A stretch of 64,000 nt of DNA, from NCBI GenBank assembly GCA_964035545.1, contig OZ037766.1, forward strand, positions 12,452,722 to 12,516,721, given 5' to 3'. Below, piece after piece: positions 45,801-56,100 of this stretch (its first letter is position 1; every line of letters begins with the position of its first letter). Both the position numbers and the translations under genes were made by a program. The notes beneath the pieces were generated by a model, which was not told the origin of the DNA, ran no database searches, and worked only from the letters and a program-made list of their open reading frames with translations. Source of the DNA: Bugula neritina. Taxonomy: Eukaryota; Animalia; Bryozoa.

Positions 45801-48181
45801 AGGAAACCCCCACCATATTTAAAAGACTTCGTATGTGACTGCATTAGAAGCGGCGCACATGAAAGTCTAGGGGAAAACCGTACGATAAAATGTTGGAGTT
45901 GTGAACCCCACGCAAATATCAACTTTTGCGAGGGCGGAATAGTGGGAGGAATTAATGCGCGTAAAGCAAATAGTTCCGACCTCGTGCCTCAGAAATGATG
46001 CTCAGCCTTTTCTTATGCTGACATCGCCAAAGGCAGACGTATCTCACAACCAGCTCCAACCTTACCAAGAACGTTGAGTATGGACATTAATACCGAGTTC
46101 CCAGGTAAGCCAGTATAAGTCTTGTATTCCTATTCATGGAAACGGGCTCGATGCCAGTAAATTCTGAACTAATTCGACAGATTGAATCAGAATTACTGGG
46201 AACCACGTTTCATGTGAATGACGATGAAGACACTGTAATGGCCGACGGTCTGTTAGACCTGGAGCTAGACACTGTTCTTGGTCAGTCCACACATGATTCA
46301 TCAGTTCCTCGAGTGCATTCCAAAAGCTGTGACTCTCAGGCTAGCAACGGTCGACAGTCATTAGAATTATGTTGTAAAGATCCACCGCGATCTAACAATA
46401 ATTCTACTTTTGTAGACACACTCGCGCCCGTCTCTCCGGGCATGCCTTCTCTAGAGATGGCGTGGGACCCAGAGCCGGCCCCAACAACTTCTACAACCAG
46501 GCAACTGCCACCCCAGTTGGAAGCAACCTCCAACTGGATTACCCCTGCCACAGAGAGAGAAATCAGGACCCATCAAGGAGGTGAGAGTAATCGTGAATGC
46601 AACCTCTGCCAACAGCGATTCACAACCCACCGCAGACTAAAAGTACACTTGCCGCAGCACTACATCACCACTTTCTGCCCTTGCGGAGAATATAGCTACA
46701 ATCGTGATTACCTATTGCGGCACCAACGTACTATGCAGTGTTATCAAGGGCATGTCTATGAAGTAGACGAATCATCCTATCCTGCCTTTCTCAACGCCAT
46801 CAAACCACTCATCACTGACTCAGCTCGGCTATCTCGCCTGGAGCAAGGCTTCCCTTCCCCGCGACCCATCATCTCTGGAGCCGCAGATAAACCTACACAG
46901 TCTACTAACTCTCCACCTCACAGTCCTCTACGCATGCCGCATACCTTTCCTCGTGTCGTACTACAGAGGGTAGACACAAATGCGTATACACTCCCTCCTC
47001 CCCTTCCATCCTCAGAGCGGAAAAGACATAGACAGCCGACTTCCTCTCGCTCGTCCCCCTGGGCCCGCAACCTACGTGAAGTAGAAGCTAGGGCACACGA
47101 CTTGGAGCAAGAAGTGTACAGACTGGCCCCACGGGTGCAGGCTGCATCCAGTGAACTCAAATATTTACAGGAGTCTATTAAACGCATGAAGCGTGTGGCC
47201 CGCAGTTAACTGGAATCTATCTCCAACTCTATACTACTCTTCCCCTACCTCTCTGTGGCATTCCCTACCGTTATGGTGGCACGTACTCTACATGTAGATA
47301 GGACTTTCTCTTACTTATTACATATTGTGCACGTTATATATACCTGTATATTTTATCAGTTGTTGTTTTTTTTGTATATACTTTTATACTGTTCTCTTAC
47401 CCCCCCACGACGAAGTATACGTTTTTTATGTGAATTTTATTTTATCAGAAAGTGGGCTTTCTGCTGGAGGGGGCAGTGTGGTGGCTCGTGGAGCTACCAG
47501 CAACACAATACGCAAGGTTGCGTATTGACCCGGAACAATGTATTAGCCAATTAGCTAGGCTGTTTTATAAGTAATAGTAGCCGCTTCGCGCTACTAGTTC
47601 AGTTGAGGATAGTGCTGTAAATTAAATAGACGTGCGTATCATTACTGTTGTACATTGGATTTTATTATGTATTCTTGTATTAAAATATAACGATATCTAC
47701 TCGACTTAACTCGGTGAAGTTTCTCTAGTGATAAATAGACTCTCTTGGTGGCACATCAACCCTAAATCTGGAAATCATAACACTATTAGTATTAGTATTG
47801 AATTAAAATATCAATATGAGTTAATCATAATGATAATGTTATACTAAATCTAATAGTATAACATGTATTAATAGTTATCTGAGTAATACTTATAGTTATA
47901 CTTATATTTATATTTATAGCAATGCTAATACTAATAGTTGTAATCTATTATTAATCTTGTAACCAACTGACAGTAAGTGTAACTTCAACTTCAAGTTCAA
48001 ACTTGTAAGTTGTAGCTCATAGTCATAGTGATAGTATTAGTTGCCAAGTCTAACACAGGAACAGCAGGTATTGTATTTGTATATTAATTCAAAGAACTAT
48101 GAAGTTACAATTAATATCATAACTCAATGTTCAAGTAAAATTTAATTAATTACCAGCAGAAAATTGTCTTATCAAAGCCAT
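36852..48181 (-). CDS. MRPL35: Mitochondrial ribosomal protein L35 (bL35m), 186 aa; 3 exons, intron 1 = 10.1 kb
   Basis: Exons 48181-48154 (MALIRQFSA+G, GTAATT donor), 38013-37842, 37212-36852; phases 1 and 2 match, total 561 nt. Signature KTVAAVTERFKRLGCGLWIRTRSGRHKHLWRK...DPYAPYHVR. Exon 1 is less certain than exons 2-3. Confidence 0.88.
39150..39725 (+). mobile_element. Decayed 3' fragment of a non-LTR retrotransposon with restriction-like endonuclease (R4/Dong/NeSL-like)
   Basis: Stop- and frameshift-disrupted remnants: A*DHLLPTR, KCWVCNASDETMMHILG*CEKLAQ (CCHC knuckle), AESVMESDNTRILWD...R*PDNVTADK (PD-D endonuclease) and DLALELTHL. Confidence 0.75.
40339..40644 (+). repeat. 5' LTR
   Basis: TGTGGTGGCTCG...GGAAATCATAACA; no difference from the 3' LTR found by eye. 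Confidence 0.97.
40646..40663 (+). promoter_or_regulatory. Primer-binding site, tRNA-Leu
   Basis: TGGTGGCAGCGGTGGGAT, 1 nt after the LTR, complementary to the 3' end (AUCCCACCGCUGCCACCA) of metazoan tRNA-Leu(AAG/TAG). Confidence 0.88.
40678..41544 (+). CDS. gag: Gag, 288 aa
   Basis: First ORF after the PBS; capsid-like KAPTFTGSEDVEQFIQEF...W...LRARFG; no intact CCHC knuckle. Confidence 0.9.
   Translation: METENARMQPPPVEGERRNAINPVNREGEEAYRHCLKAPTFTGSEDVEQFIQEFREVMEVAQWPHRVALIQLRRAVTEQAKLYGVGTDVDGILAALRARFGISAIDARTKLERLCRTPRTSLQEHAATVKKLAQIAYSDLPAQHQERYTYDAFVQSLNDLGLHHQLRAKGITRIEDALKAGEAYLLATQMHQARRNPPVVEVSAARATTSPEAPPLEAEVDRMVEMLGQLVTILAGAGPGQALRVPPTPVGQGWSSADQDQGQKGRPQYQGAINCHGPRTLSLAAGRN
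41493..41536 (+). promoter_or_regulatory. Putative -1 ribosomal frameshift signal
   Basis: A_ATA_AAC, 6-nt spacer, then a perfect 9-bp stem GGCCCGCGG/CCGCGGGCC (41506-41536), all inside the gag/pol overlap 41451-41544. Pol is -1 relative to gag. Confidence 0.7.
41718..45998 (+). CDS. pol: Pol polyprotein (protease, RT, RNase H, integrase); frame is open from 41451
   Basis: LLDSG protease; WSSPVVLV, RFCVDYR, LPFGL and YLDD in RT; TDAS and ELLA in RNase H; H-H-C-C, VDLVGP/SDQG/VER and GPY in integrase. No internal stops. Confidence 0.97.
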   Translation: MEPEGPVESPKPRRHQPRRRKPRKPRVKPPPSCQFRTAHAGGVKVQPHGESYFLPGKVAGNAVTFLLDSGCTTNLLSRRVFEALPRRDRDRVRPYTGEHGTLADGSCIPFYGIIELPGRVRDQAVQETFVIGQLEEDAILGMPFLKQHQCRIDFSKSVVLMGGRELACVDKFGRPLVGGVQVVRNCTVPGRSRATIHCRVNSNRIARLGVVEGAHERIQLASSLNRLTERGEVLVQCVNPFTEPIELPAGSMLGRFHSVQEEDVGPSLGDATEAPPQCPTQGRGAVPTHLRELYETASGGCASNRERQAMAKLLRDYGDVFSSGEHDVGLTGIVRHEIPLTAGTVPVRQPTRRLGPEKEKEVSRQVRDLLDRGLIEPAHSAWSSPVVLVRKKDGSWRFCVDYRKLNSVTIQDAYPLPRIDESLDALAGSKYFSTLDLLSGYWQVPLSPDAQEKAAFITRDGLWKWKVLPFGLTSAPATFQRLMEQVLSGLHWKTLLVYLDDVIVISPDFETHVSRLQEVFERLRGAGLKLKPSKCALLQPEVKYLGHVVGRNGVATDPEKVRAVEDWVTPQDLTGLRAFLGLVGYYRQYIPDFAGIAQPLNRLTAKGVTWQWTPVEQGAFDRLKGCLLTAPILAYPDPTLEYILDTDASDQNVGAVLSQVQEGREVVVAYYSKSLSPAERNYCTTRKELLAVIKSVKHFRPYLYGRKFRLRTDHASLIWLCRRAEPSSQVARWLEILAEFSYRIEHRPGKRHSNADGLSRRPDGGCKQCLNIERRDGGPPRCELETLAHHGAPFDWDQGQLRQRVDESPEDVQNLRANPVLAGNVRELKKLQEELPGVVADIYRAKREGRRPSEERIRQGCAEFRLYCQRWDSLRIGQDGLLTISLAASGRHPERKRVVCPTAIRRELIWDTHKQAHAGVKRVISKLRLRWYWPQMERDVRLRVKQCEICQASKHSRPPGEAGRRRLYAGRPWQVVAVDLVGPMPLTPRGNNWILVLTDHFTRWADALAIPDASAPTVARALDQHVFCYFGLPEQIHSDQGAQFQSQLMSDLCHLWGVNQSRTTPYHPQGDGVVERNNRMLGDALRSLLLGRGQEEWDTVLPQVMRAYRSTPHTSTGETPNLLMLGRETRVPDHLTYHVPEQDNSVHEYASELVERMKAAHDILRQQQWKVRHEDSDEPPLYQTGDKVWMVNYRRRRGQADKLKPKFVGPYVVVEAMPNHTYKIERSGQVSIQNESRLKPYWASPDGVGEAPPLLEPRRQTTTRGRRRHGPEYEVVIPREENLVREERQLLSTEACPPPPSLIPSLPETEPVPEVQTPTEGGAPSGEQEEVTANGEVETPLEAPTNEPASVSPPLERGQRTRKPPPYLKDFVCDCIRSGAHESLGENRTIKCWSCEPHANINFCEGGIVGGINARKANSSDLVPQK
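46136..47209 (+). CDS. Extra retrotransposon ORF3: zinc-finger and coiled-coil protein, 357 aa
   Basis: CNLCQQRFTTHRRLKVHLPQH (C2H2), CPCGEYSYNRDYLLRHQRTMQC (atypical finger), basic RKRHR, C-terminal heptad helix. No signal peptide or TM segment, so not env-like. Confidence 0.8.
   Translation: METGSMPVNSELIRQIESELLGTTFHVNDDEDTVMADGLLDLELDTVLGQSTHDSSVPRVHSKSCDSQASNGRQSLELCCKDPPRSNNNSTFVDTLAPVSPGMPSLEMAWDPEPAPTTSTTRQLPPQLEATSNWITPATEREIRTHQGGESNRECNLCQQRFTTHRRLKVHLPQHYITTFCPCGEYSYNRDYLLRHQRTMQCYQGHVYEVDESSYPAFLNAIKPLITDSARLSRLEQGFPSPRPIISGAADKPTQSTNSPPHSPLRMPHTFPRVVLQRVDTNAYTLPPPLPSSERKRHRQPTSSRSSPWARNLREVEARAHDLEQEVYRLAPRVQAASSELKYLQESIKRMKRVARS
47466..47476 (+). promoter_or_regulatory. Polypurine tract
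   Basis: GGAGGGGGCAG directly before the 3' LTR. Confidence 0.8.
47477..47782 (+). repeat. 3' LTR
   Basis: 306 bp, matches the 5' LTR, followed by TSD CTAT. Confidence 0.97.
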
Positions 48182-48827
48182 AGAAGTTTTATTCTTGACT
48201 TGAACCTTTACTCGTCTTTTAGTTTCACTCCATCAATATAAGGTGTACTTGTAGCTGCCTATGACCTTGAATTTTGCAACTGTGATCAGCCAAAACCAAA
48301 CCTAAAACCAAAATCGAGTATGAAATCAACACGATAATTTACAAAATACGAGCTTATAGAACGCGGGTTATGTGTTACTTAAAAGTAGCAGAGCCTATCA
48401 ATAGCGTTATTTTAGAAATGTCATTGTTTTCAGAGTTGTGCTTTCTAAACCAATCCATTGAGTAATTCGAGCCGTGAAGCTTTATCGGGTTTCCTGCTGA
48501 TTCGATTTATATACAAAATATAAAGTGAAGTTTGTTGAGGTACACCGCTCTCATAGGTGTATCTAGTCAAATTATTAATATTATATCAAATTTTCATGTC
48601 ACCTTGCCTTACTAGATTAGGGATTTTCCGGAAATATTTCGAATCGTGTATGTAAAAGTGTGCAATTTTACAAAAGAAGACTAAAGTGCATTGAAAAGTG
48701 TTGCTCTCTTAAAAGTGAAATTAACATAGACAAAGTGGCTTTTTCGATCGATTTTGGAAGTCACTTCCCTGATTCAACACTCAACTTTAAGAAGCCTAAA
48801 GCTAAAGTTAAAACTAGCTCTACTGCT
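48182..48827. promoter_or_regulatory. Probable bidirectional promoter, MRPL35/KCMF1
   Basis: Divergent start codons 646 bp apart, locally more CpG, ETS-like palindrome GGAAGTCACTTCC (~48756) and TTCCGGAA (~48626). Confidence 0.6.
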
Positions 48828-51800
48828 ATGTCCAGTCACGAAAGTTAGTAATTAACCATTTTACGTTCAGTTTTTGTTTTAGTTTTACTGAGTTTTTAGT
48901 CGCCGTGCCTTGTAGTTTCATCACATTGATAATTGACTATCATTATCATGATCATCTCAGTCTCACCTTTTCTTTGAGATTTACTCCTAGTAGTAATAAT
49001 AATATTGAGTTCACTTTCAGCCTGTTGTATCACATTCTTAATCTTACTTCTAATGATTTAAATTTTGAAGATGTTTAAAGTTTAACTTTAAAATGATTAG
49101 TTTTAGACGACCTAAAATTGATGTAGATATTTAAATTTTAAACTAACTCAGACTGAAACATAGGATTTTATATTAATATAAAATACTAGAAAGAACTTAA
49201 AACAGAAATATAAGCCTAAGGGTGCTATTAGTACTAGTGTTTTTGTTACAGCACTTTAGATTCAAACTTGGACACCAAGCCTAATAGCAAATTATTAGAA
49301 TGGTGTATCTGTTTGTTATTAAAATGCAGCAAATCCAAATTTTATATCATTGGGTGTATGACAGGTCAAATATTAAAAAGACTATTAAAAGAGAGACATT
49401 GCAATGCATTAATATGTTTTTTATCATAAAGAAACAATATGTCTATACTATGATCATGATATGTAGAATCTAAATTATCTAGAAAAATTTGTGTTTATTG
49501 TTGCAGGTGTCAGCTGTGATTCATGCATGAAAGCTAATTTTAAAGGGAAAAGGTACAAATGTTTAATTTGCTATGACTATGATCTGTGCAGTACGTGTTA
49601 TGAAGGTGGTGTGACAACTGGTAGACACTCAACAGATCATGCCATGCAATGTATACTCACAAGAGCAGATTTTGGTGAGCATTTTAGATTTCTTTGTATA
49701 TGTTTTACTTTGATATGTTTGTGTATCCATATTTAAATGAAGATATATTTCATGTATAAAAGTAAATGTGAAGCAGAAAAAACACTGTTGGAGATGAGTT
49801 GTGGTTTAAATTACCGTTTTTGCTAAGCTTGTTCGTATGAATAAATCTGTCATTGAGGATAATAACTTATTTACTGTAAGCTAATTTTCTAGTAGTAAGA
49901 TAAATTTATAATATACACCATAAAATCTGGTATATATTAAACATCAATTTTATGGTCTAGTAACGACTACACTGGCCTAGGTCATTGGTTTGAATCCTAA
50001 AGTCGAAGGTAATGTTAATAAAGGTATCTGATCATAATTGTTTCTGTGCTACTTTGAAAACCCTCAAACATGTTGCCATCGTTATTTAGCCCTTTTAGAA
50101 TATTCACCATCAAGGTTTGTTGCAGGGATGCATATTTTAAACAAACTCAAGTTATACTATAAGATATTTTAAGGAGAGTTACATAATTGCAGTTGATTTG
50201 CTTGACCACTGGTAATTGAATGTTATAGAATTATATTACGGTGGTGATGCTGTTGCCACCGATCAACCACAGTCCTTCACATGTCCTTATTGTGGAAGCA
50301 TGGGCTTTTCTGAGGATACGCTATCTGATCATGTTACTTCAATGCACAGTGACTCCAGCACAGAAGTTGTAAGTCACGTAGCTATTGTTGTGTAAACTAT
50401 AAAGTTTTTGTGTATTTGTTATTAAAGTTTATAGATTACCCTACTGTGACTGCTACCCTTTTTGCGGCGTGATACATTTTTTATTAGTAGTTTTTCAGTG
50501 CTGTATCTTGCAACTGGTTTTATTTTTACCTGCATTTTGGTAGAGTTCTTAATGCATAAGCGCAGTTATGATGATTGGTATGCAATGCCTCACTTATGTT
50601 GTAGATATGCCCCATATGTGCTGCACAGCCCGGAGGAGATCCGAATATGGTTTCTGATGACTTCCAGGATCATCTAGCAATGGAGCATAGGAGTGGCCGA
50701 GGTAGCTTACATGTATATGAGGCTGAGTTGCCAGGTAACATGCATAGAGCTCAAAGACGGCTAGCTACGTCCTCCAGGAGAGGCAATAGACAAAGACATT
50801 ATACGCCATCTACGACTAGTAGTATGGCCAACAGTCAATCAGCTATTCTCAGAGAATCTATGGATCCAATAGCTGGTATGTATAGGTTAAACGGCATATC
50901 CAGACTCGATTCATTCAAAGACATTCCGATATGCTATAGTTCGTTTGATTGTGCAGCATATTTACCAAATGTATTCTATGCTTAATAGTTTTGTGACTTT
51001 CTTGGCTAAATCTTTTGGTATATAAGCTAAGTTTCTTTGAAATTAAAATTTGAATGAGAGCATATGCAATGTGGCTATTTAATGATTGATTATAGATTCA
51101 AAACCTATCAACTGCAGCATTGTAGTGAGTTGTACAAGTGATAAAATAAATTGGCATATAAATCTGATAGACTGATTTATATATAATTCTATTGAAGAAC
51201 TTCTACAGTGATTTTCCAAACAAAGTGATGATTTTATAATTGCTACTGTTTTCTTTTACATATATTATCCGCTTGTGTGTATTGACAGAATTACTATCAC
51301 ATTTATCGGGTGTCCATAACAGACTAAGGACACCTCAGCAATTGAGAGATATTCAAATGCAAATAGAAGCAGAACGTCAAGCTATTAGGTAAGAACTTGT
51401 TAAACATTATATATAGCCGTAAATTATCCAAAATCATTGTTTAGTGACTTTTGGTTTTCAAATCTATATAAAATATTGCATAAGTGTGCAGTATTTTAAT
51501 TCGTTTTAGTTGTAAAAGTATATACATTTTATTCTTAGAATTCCGGCAGACAGCCTGTCTTCATACAGAGAACACTTACAAAGACTTCCTCGGAGGGCTG
51601 GTATGTTGTATGAACCTGTAGCACAAGGCTCGTCTGCTGCCAACTCAACTAACGAGCCATCTAAAGCTGCTGCCTCTTCTACTCAGCCTCCTTCAACTAA
51701 TTCCAGTCAGAATAAATCATTGCTTCTTAGCAAGTAAGTCAAACATTTGTAGATGATCAGGCACTTGCGCAGCATGTTGAGTGAGCATACATCTTATTTT

Positions 51801-52571
51801 GAAAAGTGCACTACTTCAATAAAAACTTGCAATAGATAGTAGTGTTCCTAAATTATATTAGCCTATGTGATTTGATTTAAATTATTAAATTTGTTATCTT
51901 TGTCCCAAACATCATTAATGGAATTGGGTAGATCTATCAATATATTAAGCTTTCTTGAATAAAATATTTTGAAATAATTATGTATGTATGAGCTAAAAAT
52001 CTTGGAATTTAGAAAACTGTGTAATAACAGTTAGGACACAACCATTATAAAGCATGTGGAAAAATGGCACTTTAAAAGCAATATTTAAAACTAATAAAAT
52101 GGTCAAACCAGTTGTTTAAATGAGGCTCTGTAAATTAGAACATTTTTGATTAGCCAACATTGCCATCATTTTTCTAAGTTTACCCTGTAACATGGGTCAA
52201 TTCATTTTCATAATTACTGTATGTTTCTTCACTCAATTTTACATATATTTGAGAGGATTTTATCAAGAATTTTGTATTTCTGTAGATATTTAAAGGGACC
52301 TGAAATAAGCGGCAAGGAACAAGAGCAAAGAGAGAAAAGCAATGCAGAACGCAGTCTCTTTATTCAGGAGGTTCTGTTAGCCACGTTGACCGACACAAAT
52401 TTGTCAATTAGAAATTCAAATGAAAGTCAGGCTCTAGATACTAACAGTAGTATTTCAAAAGAAATTTGTTCCTCGAGCTTAGCGTCCAATGAAGAAAACC
52501 AAATTTCTGATCATTCGCCAACTAGTGAAGCCACAATCCCAAAAAATTCAGATAATGGTGGGAAAAATTGA
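48828..52571 (+). CDS. KCMF1: E3 ubiquitin ligase KCMF1 (ZZ finger + Di19-type C2H2 fingers); 7 exons
   Basis: Exons 48828-48843, 49507-49674, 50229-50368, 50605-50875, 51289-51388, 51539-51733, 52286-52571. MSSHESVSCDSC..FKGKRYKCLICYDYDLC, QSFTCPYCG, ICPICAAQPGGDPN, MDPIAELLS, ERSLFIQEVLLATL. Confidence 0.93.
49953..50055 (+). mobile_element. Possible decayed tRNA-derived SINE head in KCMF1 intron 2
   Basis: A-box-like TGGTCTAGT (49953) and B-box-like GGTTTGAATCC (49987) at tRNA-like spacing; no cloverleaf. Confidence 0.35.
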
Positions 52572-53113
52572 AACACGTTTAACCCGAAGCAGTTTTTATC
52601 TAATTTGCTACTGGTGCATGTAGCTAGAGAGACAGAAAATGTTCGTTATATGGTATACGCATAGCCATGCATATTAGTATGCTCTTTAGTGCATCTGCTA
52701 ACAAGAATTGTTTTTGTGAAAAGATGGTTTCAACTAGGTAATTAGTAGACTTATATTGAAATTTAGTTAGTGAAGCTAATTTCAAATATTTTTGTGATTG
52801 TCTTTTGAATTTGGATGTTGATATTTGGTGAATTTCCCTTTCTTCTATTTTGCTTATAACGGCTTTGTTTACTGGCACTCAGAAAATGTCAAAATACAGT
52901 AAAAATTAACACTGAATTTACATTAGAATGACATTGTATTATGTTAATCTATCATTGCTGTATTGCACAAAAGAATAAACTGAACATATTGCACTATGCA
53001 TTTTGTTTTAAAGCATACTAAGTTATAAAAAAAGCAGATCTGGAAAGAGAAGCTTCTGGGCGGGTAGCATCTAATTAAGCTGGACTTGAACATCTGTTCT
53101 AGGTCTGATTGAT

Positions 53114-56100
53114 TTATTGACACTTGAGTTTGTGCTCTGAATGGCCAATTATCATTTGATAGTTGAAATATAGATAATATACAATGAAATGTGCACAAGA
53201 AAATAATGAAACTAAGACAGGCCAAAGATCAGGAAATCTCTCTGGTGGTTGAACAGCTACCGCACAAATTGTCAGTATTATCACACCTAAACCTGTGACA
53301 GCAGTCTACAAAATACACATGTTAACAGTTATCTACTGGTCTACACCTTTTTGAGATTCAGTCAATTTTTTGCAAAAAAATTTTTTATTACAATATAAAT
53401 ATGCCACATTTTGCAAATAATTTACTGTAATTGTATGTAAAAATGGCCAGAATTTGTTGAAAAAAATTATTTTTAAAGTTTGACTACAATAATATTGTAG
53501 TCAAACTTTAAAAATTACTTTTTTTCAAATATATTATATTTGTAAACATTCTGGGTAAGTTATTCTATCAAAATTTTACTTCATGTATTTTTTGAATATG
53601 ACAACATTAAACATACCAGTAGCTTCTTGGTGAGATTATTGAGCTTAGATCCGTAAAGGGCAAACAGTACAAAAGCAAGTGCAGCAGTTGTAGCCACATA
53701 AGCTAGTAACAGGCCATCTTTAATGAGCAGAGGCAGCATGCTAAATGAATAAGAAGAGACTATCTTACAGCTGATGATTCCAAAGTCTATAACTACAGTC
53801 ATGTAATTGTGCATACACAATAAATTTGTTATAGTCTATGTTTTGGATACTCATAAACACATTACATAACTTATCAAATTTTTAGAAACGAACAAATAAT
53901 TTGGAACACTTAATTTGCAACAGCCTCACAATTTGGAAATGTTCAGTGTTCAAGCTGATTAGTTGAAAAGTAAGCTATGTTTTTTCTCTGTTTTAACAAA
54001 ATTTTCACTAATTAGAATTTAATTGGTTTATGGAAGCTAAATGTCAAAAGTAACAGTCCAGATTGTTAAAAATGTGTTCAATAGAGCTACGAAAAAAAAT
54101 CAATTTGTTCTTAATGCATAATTTAAAAATGATGTAAGTTGAAGAGTACAGTTATTATAATTGTACTTAAAATAATGTTTTTCTTCGTCTTGAGTTTAAG
54201 CTGTTACATACTATGCAAGTTTTATAAATAGAGTTCAGGCCTGGCTTCACGCTCGTGAGAATCACACGAAACTCATGTGACGATTTTCGTGAGTTATCCT
54301 CTCGTTATGACCAGCCACACAATTGTCGGACGAAACACATAATAAATAGTCCGTGAATGAGTTTTGCACGAGATACAAACAGCAGAAAATTGCCAAATAG
54401 AGAAACTTGGTAGAAATGAAATAATTACTGTTGCTAAAATTCTATGGTGCTTATCGTTGATTGTGATTTTTCGTCCATCGTCATCGTTGTGTACACCCAA
54501 CGAAGACGACTTTGTTTGAATTCCCTCAAATTTTCTTGTATGATTATTTTTTCGTGTCAAATAGACGATTTCGTGTGATTCTCACGAGTGTGTGGCCAGA
54601 CCTTTACTTGAGTACCCCGACTTCAATTTACACATCTTCAAAAAAAGAACTTTAGTAGAAACATTAGTTTCCTCTATTGTAAAGGTATATACCCTTTGCT
54701 AATATAAAAGACAAAAGTTGGAACAGCTGCTGCACTTGAACTGAGTTATAATTCTATGCTTTCAACCACATATTTTAAGCTTTCAAGTGACAAAGTACTT
54801 ACCTGAAAACTGAAGTTATAGAAAACAGAGCAACCATGAAAGGTTCTTGATCAACAATAAGCAATGAGGATCTACAAGTTAAACAAAACTTAAAACTAAA
54901 GCATAGAGAAATAGACAACCAAGGTGGTTTATCAAATGATGTGGAAGTAAATATTACAAAATATAAAATACTTACACCAGTGGCACCAGGATTGTCTTCT
55001 CGTGAACTTGGTATGAGAATAAGAAAAAACCTAATGATGAGATTACCTACCAATAAAATAAAATACATATTTTTGAAGCACTATGAAGGAATAAAAATAA
55101 CATGTTTTAAACACAAGTATTACTTCTGGACACTACTCTATTATTATTAGAGCATTAACACACTTTAAACAATGCAGCAGTTGGGTTATGCTAAATCATC
55201 ATGTTTTGGAATGCCATGGATGAATAATTCAAAAAATCCCCAAAACAGTGTGAATTACTACAGTAATAGAACTAAAAAATTCTATTGATTAGGAAAGATA
55301 ATCACCTAAAACCTAAATGAAATTTTTTTTATAATTGTTTTAGGTACCTATTTGCTAAAACAGTAGCTCTGCCTAGTAAGACTGCCCTTTAGAAAATTTG
55401 AGGTTTTTTCAATTCATTTAGCATGTGATACACACATTAGCAAGTGCCAAGGAACTGTATAATAGAGGGGGGGGAATTATAATAATTTGTTCTGACGTAT
55501 CTTTTCACACGCATTGAAGAATAACATTCACAACATACACAAAATAAGGCACCTTTCAGCTAGTACAAAAAAGTTATGAGACGTAAATTCTTTCACAATG
55601 TTTATTTTTTAACTGAACTGAATAAATAGCTCTACTCACCAAAGCGTACTTGAAGTTTATCATTGAAGGGTGTGTTAACAGTTTAACAGAAGAAGGCAAG
55701 ATGGACAATAAAGTTGTAAACAAACTAAAAATATAACAACAACTGTCGTATGTAAGCAATCCAGAAAAACAATGACAAATACTGCAATTTTATTACTTTA
55801 GCAGCAGAAACTGTCTAATGATAAAATAAGCTACTTCATCCAGCATAGATGTGTGCAAGTTTTAGAATAGATATTTGAAGCTGACAAATTGCTAAAGAAA
55901 AAAAAGGATAGAAAACATTTTATAAACATAATTAGAGCATATAAAACCACTCAAACCTAACAAAAATGAATGAATTCTAAGTGCATAACTTAACAGGTAC
56001 TTGAATAAATCAAGTCAACATGACTACAACTCAGCGTTGCTGACGCTTAACGCTTAGCAAACAAAGTTCACCTACCAGAGACTAACAATGGTCGACTGTG

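Larger units (their letters stand above)
40339..47782 (+). mobile_element. Full-length Ty3/Gypsy LTR retrotransposon, 7444 bp, antisense within MRPL35 intron 1
   Basis: Two 306-bp TG...CA LTRs, TSD CTAT (40335-40338 and 47783-47786), PBS, PPT, gag, pol in PR-RT-RH-IN order, and an extra ORF. Much more GC-rich than the host sequence. Confidence 0.98.

Noticed and set aside
40672-47187. Antisense and alternate-frame ORFs inside the Gypsy element
   Set aside because: Expected shadows of GC-rich coding sequence; no motifs.
46136-47209. ORF3 as env
   Set aside because: No signal peptide, fusion peptide or TM anchor.
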